Position numbers and translations under genes: made by a program. Below are positions 1 to 11,228 of a DNA stretch of 29,281 bases, one piece after another (position 1 is the first letter of the stretch; each line of letters opens with the position of its first letter). Source of the stretch: Trichonephila inaurata. Lineage: Eukaryota. Below the pieces are notes generated by a model, which was given only the letters and a program-made list of their open reading frames with translations, was not told where the DNA came from and ran no database searches. The stretch spans positions 96,532-125,812 of the forward strand of contig BMAV01009759.1 in the NCBI GenBank assembly GCA_019973955.1, read 5' to 3'.

Positions 1-63
1 GGGTCTCATCAGAACTGGGAAAGTTTCTCCGATGCTTTAGTTCACATCTTATGGTAATTTCTT

Positions 64-156
64 TCAGCTCACATGTTGCCTTGTCACGAGTTCGAGCCCC
101 GTACCACTAAAGACCCGTTAATATTCAATCAATCAATCAATTCAGCTCACATGTTG
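64..156. repeat. Direct repeat of a 16-nt block (ttcagctcacatgttg) with 77-bp spacing, plus a (CAAT)n microsatellite at 123-141. This is a duplicated copy of the gag element's 3-prime end.
   Basis: ttcagctcacatgttg occurs at 64-79 and 141-156. The second copy encodes the C-terminal ...STCELN* of the minus-strand gag ORF. caatcaatcaatcaa lies between the copies. A tRNA-like T-arm (GTTCGAGCC) sits at 96-112, but no acceptor-stem pairing is present. Confidence 0.35.
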
Positions 157-1335
157 AACGACCCTTTCTTCTCTCGAAATTTATTTTGTTACGGAATGTA
201 TCTTTTTTATTGGAGACAGTAAACACAGAATTTGTCTTCAGCTCAGCTCGTTTATTCTTTTCTTCCTCATATGTTTCGCAATGTTTCTTTGTATGACTTT
301 CGGCCTTATACTTCTCACAAGTAGGAATAATTTTTGGTTTAGGGCAATTGCGTGCTAGATGAAAACCGAATTCTAAACAATTATAACATTTAAATCCTCT
401 GTTCGCATTAAAGTTTTGATTTTTGTGGTTTCTTTGATAACTATTAATAGAATAGGATTGATTCATCGGAAAGTCACTCGAGCATTTTTCTAGATTGTAT
501 TGTCTGTTCATTCTCGGCGGAAATTCACGATTAGAAGGATTTCGAAAATAAATTTTTGTGATTGCTTTATCGCTTATAGATGATCGTAATATTTTCGTTC
601 TATTCTCATATGCATCTAATTTATCAGCTATATTTTCTGGATGAAAATTGACCAATTGTCTGTAAAATGTTCTTGAGTGGTCGCGGAAATTCTTTTTTTT
701 AACCTCTTCGGTAATAGTTAAATCTTTTAATTTCTCGAAATCATTTACTTCAACACCTCCTAACCATTCTTCAAAATATGAGCGTAGATCGTAAACACAA
801 AATCCTTCCAAGTGTTTTCCGATGATCGATAGTGGTTAAAAAGTTTTTGCCGAAAGGATTCAGGGCTTGATTTGAATCTCTTTATGTGATTATAATCGTT
901 CACTTTCTCTTCTGGTTCACGAGCAATTAATTTAGTTATTTCATACGGAAATAAACCTAATGAGCTGGATACCCATTTCTCTTCATCTAATGAAATTAGT
1001 CGAGCTTGCCTCTCGAAAAGAATCAAAAAGAATGTTATGTCTCCATTTTCAATTTCAAATTTTTACATTAAATGACGCATATCCCGCGGATCGCTGTTTA
1101 TATGATTGGATTCAATTTTAATATTTGAATTCTGTAATCTTAATTTTTCTAATTCAAATTCGGCTTTAGCCTTTTCTTCCTTTTCCTTGTCTACACGTTC
1201 CTCAATAATCATATCTAACAAACCTTTTACAAAACCCTCGTCATAATTTTCAGATCTCGTTGTGATATTTCTTAAATTGAAGACTTTACTATGATGTGGA
1301 ACAGTTTCGTTCAATTCTAGGGCCAAAATGACCAA
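137..1335 (-). mobile_element. Degenerate retroelement gag-like ORF with a CCHC zinc knuckle, broken into 3 ORFs by frameshifts
   Basis: Minus-strand ORFs 1063-1335, 760-1026 and 137-811 are collinear. The 224-aa piece contains CYNCLEFGFHLARNC (CX2CX5HX4C, a zinc-knuckle-like motif) and a second Cys/His cluster, CEKYKAESHTKKHC. The N-terminal piece is rich in charged residues and predicted coiled coil (EKAKAEFELEKLRLQ), as gag proteins often are. The frameshifts indicate a pseudogene. Confidence 0.55.
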
Positions 1336-1831
1336 GTCTACTTTTTTCCTTTAGTTAAAAAGACATTTTTTTTAAATAAACTTCGCACCAATTATTTTTA
1401 ATGTATAAAACCGGCTCACAGTTTTTCACTTCTCACACACAAAAAGTCTCAAAATCACAAGAAACTCAATAATTGTAAAAAAAATTTGCTCAGTTCTTAG
1501 AAAAATATAAAGATTCACTCTCTTGCTTAAAAAAATTCAAGGCGTTTGGAATCTCATTTCTGATCTGTTGTAGACTCGCTCGAACCGGGCCACTCATACG
1601 CAGTGATTTCACTACTACACCCTTACATACCCGTGCTTTAACAGCGCTCTCTATAGTTGGGCCCTAACACTATATATATATATGTAGTCTCAATTCTCCA
1701 TCAAAGAGAGATGAACATTCAACAAACAAAACTGAAAAAATATTGAAATCTTAAGACAACCCGACATTGAAGGATAAATGGGAAATTAAAAATATAATAG
1801 GGTTTAAAATATAAAAAAATGGATGCTACAG

Positions 1832-2005
1832 CACTGGCGTAGCTAGTTCTGAATGGGCCCCATATCAAAACTTCTTCGGTGCCCCTTTTTTACAAATGAA
1901 AGCCTTGTTAGTGGTACTTTAGTTACACGTGTTGAGGCCCCTGTAGCTTAGGGAACCCATATCATTAATACGGTTGATACGGCGGTAGCTACGCCCCTTT
2001 GCTAC
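1832..2005 (+). mobile_element. MITE-like non-autonomous element, copy A of a GGGCCC-rich family
   Basis: Terminal inverted repeats ggcgtagctag ... ctagctacgcc bound the element. Internally it carries gggcccc and gaggcccc motifs and a near-perfect palindrome, catatcattaatacggttgatacgg. The whole block is about 75% identical to 6706-6865 and is related in reverse-complement orientation to 16165-16335. Confidence 0.55.
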
Positions 2006-2924
2006 AGTATTATAAACATTGCTGACTTAGGACAGCTTATAAATAAAATAATTTATATAAAAGTGGGGTTGAACATGTTTTGTGGTCAGCCAACCTTCCC
2101 CCTTTATGTTAATAATACTTAGCAAAAACTTATTCAAAATAATGGATAAAATATCTAAATCCATTACAAGATAAAGGTAACTTACCTAAAAATTGCATTC
2201 AAAAATGCATAGCCCGTGCTAAATTTGTGTAGAATAAACAAGCTACTGCCAGATTCTGGACCCAAATGCAAATTCAAAGCATGGGAATGGCTGAATTGTA
2301 GCACTTAGCAAAAGTTGAAAAGAATAGAAATAAAAAAATGAAAACGAGAGTTTATATACTACCATTACTTTAGAGACACTAAGATTATATATGAATTAAA
2401 AAAAAAATAATGATAAATAATTTTATCTAATATTAGAATATGTGGAGGTAACTATATCTAGGAAAGATAATAAATTTATAATAAACTATTATTATTCTAA
2501 GGAATTTTTATCCTTATATAGAATTTCTTTGCTCAAATAACTATTAATAAAATTAATTGGGTATTTTTGAATTAAGCAATATTTAGTAAAATGTTTATAG
2601 TTTTTTTTTATTTTATTTTTTCTGATTTTTTTTTCAAACTAGAAATTTATTGCAATGTATATAATATTGCATATATATATACAGTTTGCATATATATATA
2701 TAATATATATTGCAGTTAATAACAATATTTCTGAATATAGAAACATGTACATTACTCTCCCAATGAGGTACTTTTATAATATTGAATTTAAATTCTTATC
2801 TTTTATCATAAATATTAGTAACTATAAGATTATCTTTTAATTTGATTTCTATATCAAGAAAATTTGCTTCATAGTTGTTACTATTAGTCTGTATTAAATT
2901 AAGATATTGTGACTAAAATTAGTT

Positions 2925-3895
2925 CTAAGTTTTACAATTGACTTGCTTCCCAAAAATGATAATATCATCTATATAACAAAAAATGTAATGTTCAGAATTA
3001 TTAATGAAACTATTTTCAAAATAATTTAAATATAAATTGGCAAGACAGTTGCTAGCAGGGCCACCTTGTGGAAAACCTTTAATCTGTTGATAATAGTTAC
3101 CAGTATAATATATATAGTAGTACAAACCTTAGTAGAGAACCAAATCTATCATAATTAACATTTTAAAATAAATTCTCTTTATGTAATTTTAAAAATAATT
3201 TTGTCATATCAATATTAATAGAGTTGAAGAGATCTTCGAAATCTAAACTATAAACTGAAAAAATCTTTTTATCTTTAATTTGTTCAATAAGTTCTTTACT
3301 ATTTTTAAGTATGGCTGTGGATTTAAGATTATTTATTGTATCTTGTAATATTTCATGAAGAATTTTGCCTGATATATGTATTAAAATCATTAGTATCTGT
3401 TCTAAACTTGACTCAGTCTTTATGAAATTTAGGAGTAAGAAATATGTGGAAATTTAAAATTATTATTATTAATTTGTATTCTTAATTGTTTATGAAAAGC
3501 CAAAATGTAATTATTTATTTCTCTATAATAAACTGATGATTTAATAAAAGCTGTATTAATATCAAAATATTTGTTGATCATTGAACTACAATAGTGTTTA
3601 CAAATGAAGGCAAAATTTCCTGGCACTTTATCAACATAAACTGTAATAAATTTATTTTGCAACTTTTTAATCTGATTTTTAATATCAATAAAAAAGATAT
3701 TATTATTTGTACCAAAGTTATATATTTATTAAGCTGTTGTGTAATGTTACATTTGAATTTTGTGAATGCCTCTAAAGGCATACTATATTTAATTGCTATT
3801 TTGTAAATGAATTGCTCAATATCATTATATAATTGATTTTTTATAATTTTATTATTATTGGAAATCATTACTTTAAAACAAGTACCATTATTCAT
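2925..3895 (-). mobile_element. Reverse transcriptase remnant in an extremely AT-rich block (non-LTR or group II intron-like), pseudogenised
   Basis: Minus-strand ORF 2925-3125 encodes GFPQGGPASNCLANLYLNYFEN...HYIFCYIDDIIIFGK (RT motif 4 QG..S..L.N and motif 5 YxDD). ORF 3163-3390 encodes YSLDFEDLFNSINID (a D..F motif-3-like segment). The further ORFs 3429-3662 and 3578-3895 are collinear. The surrounding 2340-4130 block is about 85% AT with no long intact ORF. Confidence 0.5.
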
Positions 3896-4325
3896 GATAT
3901 ATTGAGGTCAACAGTAATAACATGCTGGTGATGTTTATCTGTGAATTCTTTAAATTTATTACAATTACACTTAAAGTTTTCCTGCTTTATACGCACATCA
4001 TAGTTAAAAATTGATCTACATATTTTTTTATTGTATTTAAAAGCTTTTTTTAAAAGTGATATTTTGAATTGGGAAAGTTGACATGTGTTTTTTTAAAAAT
4101 GCTAGGAAAATTAATATTATTATACTATTTATTCATATATAATAATGTACAATATTCTGTTTGATATTCTTTATTTACATTGACTTTTATGTTACGTTTA
4201 TGTTTCAAATATTTGTGAATGCCTATAATATGCAAAGCATGACATTCTTTTATTTTATATGAATTTAGTACATCTTCGCTAATACCTAGATCTATCTTAC
4301 TGAGACCAAACATGAGAGATTTAAT

Positions 4326-4328
<3 letters not shown>

Positions 4329-4365
<37 letters not shown>
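4329..4365. repeat. (TA)n microsatellite, with a second (TA)n at 4501-4522 flanking the SINE
   Basis: Direct reading shows tatatata repeated for about 37 nt. Confidence 0.9.
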
Positions 4366-4366
<1 letters not shown>

Positions 4367-4515
4367 CCAATTCTCTACTAACAAGAGATAACATCCAAAC
4401 AATAACATTCGACAAACACATAGACAGCAGGAAAATCACACAATGAAGGACAAAGGAGTAATCGAGATAATAAATATAAAATGGATGCTGCAGTGTTATG
4501 AACATTATATATATA

Positions 4516-4897
4516 TATATATGTTGAGTGTCGCCCAACCGGTATAGTGGTTAGTGACGCTGACTGCGGTGCATTAGGGACTGGGTTCAAATCCCGGAGA
4601 AGACATGGATGTTTGTAAATGTATAGTGCCTTTGCGGCATGGGGTACTCTAAATAGCCATCGAGCCGCAAGTCCTCTTGTGTGGTTGGTGAAAAGGGAAG
4701 AAAGGTGGGAGGCCCCTGGTCACCCGCAGGGTTTTTCTCCCTCTAAATTGGGGTGGAACTGAGCAAAATCGTACTGCATGGTGCTCAAAGCTAAGGCTAA
4801 TGACAGGCGTAAAAATTCTAGCCCTTAGCCGGGATGAATTTCGCGGGCCTCGATCTGACTTCGTCAGGCAGGTGGCCTTAGTCACAACACACACATA
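4516..4897 (+). mobile_element. tRNA-derived SINE with a pol III A box and B box
   Basis: The GC-rich block begins with a tRNA-like head. A-box-like tatagtggttag lies at 4533-4544 and B-box gggttcaaatccc at 4573-4585, about 40 nt apart. The T-arm CTGGG-TTCAAAT-CCCGG forms with one G-T wobble, but there is no pairing acceptor stem, so this is not a true tRNA. A body of about 300 bp ends in acacacacatatat and is flanked by (TA)n. Confidence 0.55.
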
Positions 4898-5353
4898 TAT
4901 TTAGTAATTAAAACTCTGTTAAAGGCACTCTCATTGAAATTTATTAGACAAAAATAACATTAAATAAATAATATCAAATAAAAAATGTTGTACTGGAGTG
5001 GATTGCTCCACATATTTTTCACACATTATTGGAACCCAAACGTGATGTCAAGGAAATTCGTGGGAAGCATTTTAAAATCCATTTTCTTTCTTTTATTTAA
5101 GATTCATGTTATTGAGTATGTGTGATTTCTATTTATGTTAATTTGAAGCTTCATAATTTGTTTTTCATGTCTCAGATAAAAGCTTTAGAATTACATCCTG
5201 GTTAGATCACTGATTCCAAATAAGATTTTATTATAAATATTTAGGATTAGAGCTGGTGTTATTCGTAAAATCATAGAAGCATGTAGAAGCATAGAAGACA
5301 TGTAGAATTATCGCACTTAATTATTTTTATTTATATATTTATTTCTTTTTCAG

Positions 5354-5422
5354 TTATACTTTTTCTGATACTTCAGATGGTAAAGATGTTTATCTAGGTG
5401 GAAATACTACTCAGTTAATCAA
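5354..5422 (+). CDS. Candidate upstream coding exon of the NWD1-like gene (YTFSDTSDGKDVYLGGNTTQLIK), phase 2 to phase 2
   Basis: Acceptor tttctttttcag|t and donor aa|gtaaga. The open frame ends with 2 bases (AA), and the next candidate exon supplies the a to complete AAA. No in-frame ATG is present. Support rests only on splice signals and phase consistency. Confidence 0.3.
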
Positions 5423-6020
5423 GTAAGATTGTATTTGTTTCTCAATTTTTATTCATTCACTATTGTAAAATTAATTCAATTCCAAATAAAGCTCATAACA
5501 ATATGTAATTTAGGATAAAATTTGTGTTATTCATTTATACGTAATATTGAAAATGCATTATTTAATTAGGAATTTTTAAAATCATGTGTAAATTAAGGAC
5601 ATCAAATTGCTTTTTTAGATGTCTTTCAAACTATATTCTTATACAAAGCAATAATTGAAATTTTCTTTTGTTTTATAAATAATCTATTGTGAACATGGAT
5701 ACATTTCTAGGTACATAACTTTTACACATATTTTTATTATAAGATTATAATTAAATCATGTAATATTTGATCCGTAGCATTTAATTTTTGGTTCTTTGTG
5801 TAAAAAAATAATCTTGTGTGTGAAAAGACACTGCTACTTTTTAACAAAATCAAAATAACTCTATAACTAAAAAATCGATGCACCAAGGTGGAGTTGCCCC
5901 ATTATAATGATACTTCATATGCTAAGATATTTGGATCGAACATGCAAGTAATTAAAATTTGGTGTCCAATGAATGAATAGCGGGAGCTCCAGTGCATCGG
6001 AACTGCGCATTCGGCAGGTG

Positions 6021-6029
6021 TATATAAGG
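6021..6029 (+). promoter_or_regulatory. TATATAAGG TATA-box-like motif upstream of the Tc1-like transposase ORF, probably the element's own promoter
   Basis: gtgTATATAAGGagc lies about 40 bp upstream of the first transposase ORF. The same 9-mer occurs upstream of the second Tc1-like element at 27606-27614. Confidence 0.3.
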
Positions 6030-6705
6030 AGCGATTCTCAAACTTATGGTCAAAATTTCTGTTGACTGACATATCTTACGTCGGCTGTGACAATCCCTCG
6101 CCGATGGATCCATGCACATTACGAGCAGATGTCAGAGTTTGTAAGAGGTTTTTCGATCGGATTGAAAGTGTCTGGTCGGATGAATTGAAGAATTTGCTCG
6201 ACATCTGTATTGAAGCGATGCGGCGATTAGACGATGCTGGCAAGAGTGGGATCAGTGTCAGAAAGGCAGTGATCGACCGAGGTCCACATTAGAGTTATTG
6301 TCAGAACAGCTGTCACAGTACTGGATTCGTCGTTATCAACTATCTACCGTTTGACCAGTACACATGTGTTCAGCATGACCCTTCAGAGACGACTACGAGA
6401 GCAGAATTTACGCTCGTGCCTACCGTTACGCCGCTTACCTTTCACGCCAGTACACCGTCAAGTTCGTTTGCAGTGGTGCCGGGCTCGACGACGTACTACG
6501 TCTGTTGTTTCTCTTTTTGGGGACCCGGGGACGAGTCCCGTTTCCAACTGTGTCCTGATGACAACCGAAGACGTGTCTGGAGACGTCCAGAACAGCGTGG
6601 AGATCTTGCCCTGACTATGACACACCACACAGGCTCGCAACATTGCATTATAGTTTAGGATTCCATCTCCATTGATAGCTCGGCCCCTTTGGTAGACATT
6701 TCTAG

Positions 6706-6865
6706 CCACTGGTGTAGCTAGCTCTGAAGGGGCCCTGTATCGAAATTGCTTCAGGGGCTTTTTTTAGATGTGGGAGCCCTGTTAGTAGACTGTAGTTACA
6801 CATGATGGAGCCCTGGTAGCTTGGGGCCCCGTATCATTGATACGGCGGTCTGTTTCTAGCACACT
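6706..6865 (+). mobile_element. MITE-like element copy B, nested inside the Tc1-like transposase pseudogene
   Basis: ccactggtgtagctagctctgaaggggccc ... gggccccgtatcattgatacggcggt is collinear with copy A at 1832-2005. It splits the transposase between ...HHTGSQ and LTAQRYVDEIL. The 3-prime TIR is partly degraded. Confidence 0.55.
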
Positions 6866-8163
6866 GACAGCACAGCGATACGTTGACGAAATCTTACGAC
6901 CGTTTTTGTTACCGTTCCTTTTGCGACACCCAGGTCTTACATTTCAACACGATAATGCCCAGACGCACACGGCACGTGTTGCTATGAATTGTCTTCAAGC
7001 TTTCCCCACTCTTCCTTGACCAGCTAGGTTACCTGATTTCTCTCCCATAGAGCACATTTGGGACGTTACGAGAAGGCGATTACAACCATCCCGGAATGTT
7101 GACGATTTAGCCCAACAGTTGGAGACAATTAGGCACGAAATTCTGCAGGACGCTATCCGGGAACTTTATCAGTCTATGTGCTGATGGGTGACAGCTTGCA
7201 TCCGGGACAGAGGTAGTCCAATGTCTTATTGATTTTTTCCCTTTGTGTAACGGTCAAACTTTGAAAGAAATTTCGATCGTTTGTTTTTCTGTGCATGTTC
7301 TACAATTTACATAGAAAATGTATATCCTCCAATTTTTATCACAATTGGACAACTCCTTCTTGGTGCTTTTATTATTATTTTTTTTATAGAGAGTACTTTC
7401 ATCTGTAATTAAAAGGGTATGAATACCTGTTATACATAAGAACTAAATGCGATGAATATATATATATATATTATTTCTGAGAAAATGATTGTTCTGTTTC
7501 GTATTTTAATAAAATGCTTTTTAAAAGTGATTTTTTGTTTTATGAAGTAAAATATATTCTCATATGAAAATGATTTTGAATTCTGCATGCTGAAAAAATG
7601 TTGTAATCATAAATTTTTTTGTACAGGTAATAATGAGATGATAATTGTGTTTGAAATTGTTGATGGGTTATCCAGTAAGAAAAGCCAACTTTTTTGAAAT
7701 TGTTGAAGTTTTCAATTTAATTTTAAGAGAAATCTTATTGAATCAGTGTATTAAGGATTAATATTTCTTTATTTATGACTATTTCTCATTGCTTCTTTTT
7801 TACAAACTACGTAAATGCAATTTATACTTTTCATCAGTATATAATTTATGTTTAGTTGTTAAATTACACGTGCCACTTTCTAAATAATCTTGGAAATATC
7901 TCTGATAATATATTATACTTAATATGTTGAGTATAAAGAGTCATGAAAAATACAAAAGTTTAAAGTAATTATTTGATTTTATTGTTTTTCTTGGTATATA
8001 ATTATATAATTTTAAGTATTGATTAATCAGCTTCACGGTTTGCACGTTCATCTACACTATACTTATTTGTTTGAAATCGAAGTTTAAGCTGTTTTTAATC
8101 ACGAAACAGTTTATCTTAGTTTCAACTGCTTATTTTTTAACTCCATTTTATCATTTTACTTAG

Positions 8164-8328
8164 ATTTATTGCTGAACGATCCAGTGGTGGACAGTTGGCA
8201 TATGTTGAAAATATTGATGCTAAGTATGACTTAACAAAGATTACTAATACAGATAAATATAAGAATTTGAAGACTTCACTTGTATCAGAACATTTACCCA
8301 AAGTGCCTTTGTTGACTAGAGTTCCAAA
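8164..8328 (+). CDS. Candidate coding exon of the NWD1-like gene (FIAERSSGGQLAYVENIDAKYDLTKITNTDKYKNLKTSLVSEHLPKVPLLTRVP-K), phase 2 to phase 2
   Basis: Acceptor ttttacttag|a and consensus donor aa|gtaaga. The open frame ends with AA, and the first base (a) of exon 9118 completes Lys and continues into WHTVRIFISS. It is phase-compatible with both neighbours, but its protein sequence is not independently recognisable. Confidence 0.4.
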
Positions 8329-9117
8329 GTAAGAAAATAAGTTTTTGTAACAAATAAATATATATACATATAAATATATTGGGATATTTAAAAATAATAT
8401 GGCATTTTATTTCATAAATGTGCGATCATTTGTTCGTCGAGGAACAACGTGTATATAAAGCAAATGACTATCGTTTGCCTGATAGTACCCGCATGTGCTG
8501 CCGGAGACACATGTGTTTATTATTTTAACTGTCATATGTGTTGTTCTTTTCACGAATGTCCAAGAATAAAAAATTTATTTCTTATTCTGCAAAATTTTAA
8601 ACTGAAAATGATTCATTTTGTAGAGGTGCGTGGCAATAAAATTGCATCAAGACAGTTTGGGCCACCTTCTACATGTGCTATAATTGGAGTGTAGAATAAA
8701 CACAAAGGTAAATTCTCATAAATGCATATGTGAAGTGAGCAGCCTGAGGCAAAAGGGCAGGTGGCCTATACCTGAGAGAAAACTCAAACACTGGGTAGAA
8801 AGCCTAAAGCAGACTTCTTCTACTAATTTGAGAAAAAAAATCTGATCTAACTGATTGAGATGTATCAAATAAGAATGATGAGGAATTTAATGATCTTTCT
8901 CAGATGAACGAAATAAGCCATTTTTCAATATTTTGTAGTAAAAAGTACTTTAAAGAGTTTTTTCCTCCAAATTTTAAGCCCTTAAAATCAAGAGTTCCTT
9001 ATACACAAAAGTTTCTTATATATGTTAGGCATGTGTGTTTCAGATGAGTGACATTTTTATTTAAATGTCAAATTTTATATTTTTTTTTCAAATTGACTTT
9101 TTTTCTTCTATTTTTAG

Positions 9118-9294
9118 ATGGCATACAGTACGGATTTTTATATCATCTACGTTTAAAGATATGCACTGTGAAAGAGATATGCTAATCCGCTTTGTAATGC
9201 CTGAATTAAAGAAAAGAGCAGCTTCAATTTTTGTTAAAATCAATGAAGTGGATTTACGCTGGGGAATTTCTGAGAGTGACTGTGCTTCAAAACG
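9118..9294 (+). CDS. NWD1: NWD1-like gene exon, first half of the DUF4062-like domain (WHTVRIFISSTFKDMHCERDMLIRFVMPELKKRAASIFVKINEVDLRWGISESDCASK-R)
   Basis: Acceptor ctatttttag|a and donor cg|gtatac, ending in phase 2. The (V/I)FISSTF.D...ERD motif and FEVVDLRWGI-like VDLRWGISE motif are the conserved N-terminal signature preceding the NACHT domain in NWD1-family proteins, the DUF4062 domain. Confidence 0.85.
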
Positions 9295-9884
9295 GTATAC
9301 TTTTTTTGCATTTGATGTATATATATTCTAGCTTTCTTATAACTAAAAACAAAATTTTTAATCAAAGAACGCTTTTTTTATTGAAAAACTGCATAAAATG
9401 TTTCTAACTGTACATTATTTTAAATATTTACTTGTAGTTAACTTACTGTTTTAAATATAACTTACTTGTTAAACATGTGTCCTTTTTCTACTTAGTCTAA
9501 ACTTATTGTGCACAAAATATATTTAAAATTATGTTTTCATGCTTTTTTCCCAAAATATTTAAAAATGCCTTTGATTTTTGAAATGTCAAATTGTTTAAGA
9601 CATATTTAGGTAGATTGCATAAAAAATGAATTGATTTAATCATGAAAAGAGAATCAATTAAGTAACAAAATAAATTAATTGATATCTTTCTGAGCTAAAG
9701 AAGATAAACTTGAAAAATCTTTATGTTTTAATAATTTGAAGAATCTAAAAATTATTTCATAATTTTTGAAATTAATGACGTATTTTAAATTGTATTTGAT
9801 GTATTGAATGTAATTTTGAATTATTTAGGCATTATACAAAAAGCATTTAAAATGGCATGATATTAATTTTATATATAAAGTATA

Positions 9885-10025
9885 CAGTGGTGTAATGTAC
9901 AGCCCTGCATTGCAAGGGGCCCATGTGTTCTAGGGAGCCCAAAGGCTGACTGATATCCTGTACGCATTTGGGCTTGGGGCCCAAAACCTGATATTGCAGG
10001 GGCAGCCCTAGTATTCTTCGTTATG
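9885..10025 (-). mobile_element. Diverged copy D of the GGGCCC-rich MITE family
   Basis: caaggggcccatgtgttctagggagccc ... ggcttggggcccaaaacctgatattgcaggggcagccc resembles the reverse-complement arrangement of copy C (16165-16335). It is only about 60-65% similar, so the call is tentative. Confidence 0.3.
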
Positions 10026-10988
10026 CCACTGGAGGAATATCCTCTCTAAGTATAAATGAAATGAAATAAATGATTGTTATCATTTTTTTAAAAAAACAAA
10101 ATAATGATTTTTCTGACAGTAAAACGCAATTTTGACAAATGTTTTTTGCTTATAAATTTAATGAAGAATTTTTGTTATTGTTCCAATGCTTCTACAAAGG
10201 TTTTAAATATTGAATTATTGAGAGATTGGATATCTAGATATTTGTAACCTCAAATATCTCATGCTTTTTCAGCATTATGGAAATCTCCTTTTTTTTCCGG
10301 GATATTCTTAATTTAACTTATCTCGTTCTCAAGAATTAAGTTTTTTTCAGATGAAGTAGTACTCTGTCGTCCATCAAGAGGAATTTGTCATCAGTAGTTT
10401 TTTTTTAAACATTTTGTGTATTTAATTTTATAAAAATTATGTTTTTTCCCCCTTAATATTTACCGAACAGTACATGAAAGCTAAGGTGACATTATCTGAG
10501 TTACTTTTTGAATCATATTTAAGATTTCTATTAAGGATATGTTGAATTTCTTTTAGGTATGGTGTTCCTTCTCACGATCAAGCTCTTTTTGAAGATTAGT
10601 CCCAACTTTAACCGGCTATGTCTAACAGACATTTTGCACTCAATATTTGCTTTAAAAAAACAGAATTCAAAAATGTTTTAAAAATAAATAAAGGGAATAC
10701 ACTTGTTCTACATCTAACATGGATGAGATATATATTGCCATAAATACCCTCAGCACTTATTTTTAGGTTGATTGCATGAATGTAAGAAATGCAGTTTAGT
10801 AGAAATCGATAGCTGTTATTAACCAGTTTATCTTAAAGCTACTCTTAAGTTTGTTAATTAGAAAGAAAGTGATCCTTGGATTTAAATTAAAAGCACCAAT
10901 ATTTTATTCAGAAATAAAAATCGTATATGTTGCTGAATTTTGTTTTGTGATATATTTCTTAGAGCTATTTATTTTATTTAAATTTTAG

Positions 10989-11228
10989 TGCTGCTGAGAT
11001 ATGCCTACTAGAAGCTCAAAAATCTGATTTATTCATTGGCATAATTGGAGAGAGATATGGTACGATTTATAACTTTGATGCACCAGATGCTCCTGAACTT
11101 CAATGGGTAAAAGAACACCCGAAAGGTTTATCAATAACAGAACTGGAAATGTATGCTGGAGCTCTTAGAGAAAATAAACTGAAAGAAAAAAGAGCATTCT
11201 TTTATTTCCGAAATAATTCATTTATGAG
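10989..11228 (+). CDS. NWD1: NWD1-like gene exon, second half of the DUF4062-like domain (AAEICLLEAQKSDLFIGIIGERYGTIYNFDAPDAPELQWVKEHPKGLSITELEMYAGALRENKLKEKRAFFYFRNNSFM-R)
   Basis: Acceptor aattttag|t. Its first base completes CGT (Arg) with the previous exon. Donor ag|gtattt, ending in phase 2. The motif C..E...CD.FIGI.G.RYG is the second conserved DUF4062 block (human NWD1 has CLEEVDRC...ALIGDQYG). Confidence 0.85.

Larger units (their letters stand above)
5990..7240 (+). mobile_element. Tc1-like (IS630/Tc1/mariner superfamily, DD34E-type) transposase pseudogene with a nested MITE
   Basis: Shifted plus-strand frames give LQRRLREQNLRSCLPLRRLPFTPVHRQVRLQWCRARR, then GDESRFQLCPDDNRRRVWRRPEQRGD, then YVDEILRPFLLPFLLRHPGLTFQHDNAQTHTARVAMNCLQAFP. 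These continue as ...LPDFSPIEHIWDV ...VDDLAQQLETIRHEILQDAIRELYQSMC and a final ACIRDRGSPMSY, all classic Tc1 transposase blocks. The reading is interrupted at 6706-6865 by MITE copy B. CAGTGC near 5990 may be the TIR start. Confidence 0.75.

Noticed and set aside
2655-2840. AT-rich ORFs such as 2655-2840, 20631-20855, 21323-21586, 22193-22553 and 24906-25160
   Set aside because: Their composition is low-complexity (I, Y, N, F, K). They have no splice-compatible context or motifs. They are expected by chance in 80% AT sequence.
4516-4590. Possible genuine tRNA gene in the GC-rich island
   Set aside because: A and B boxes and the T-arm are present. But no 7-bp acceptor stem can be formed with the 3-prime flank (AGAAGAC), and a 300-bp non-tRNA body follows. 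I call it a SINE head instead.
8449-8694. ORF 8449-8694 (Cys-rich, MYIKQMTIVCLIVPACAAGDTCVYYFNCHMCC...) as a small secreted peptide gene
   Set aside because: It has no signal-peptide-like N-terminus and no splice context, and it sits in a slightly GC-richer patch that looks like repeat debris. I could not tie it to any family.
9065-9117. N-terminal extension MSNFIFFFQIDFFSSIF of ORF 9065-9331
   Set aside because: It is a poly-pyrimidine tract ending in tttttag, which is the acceptor of the DUF4062 exon. The ATG at 9118-9120 is out of frame (MAYSTDFYIIYV*).
10556-10680. ATG-initiated ORF after acceptor-like cttttag at 10557
   Set aside because: It has no donor in phase, is not phase-compatible with the flanking exons (9294 phase 2 to 10989), and its sequence is low complexity.
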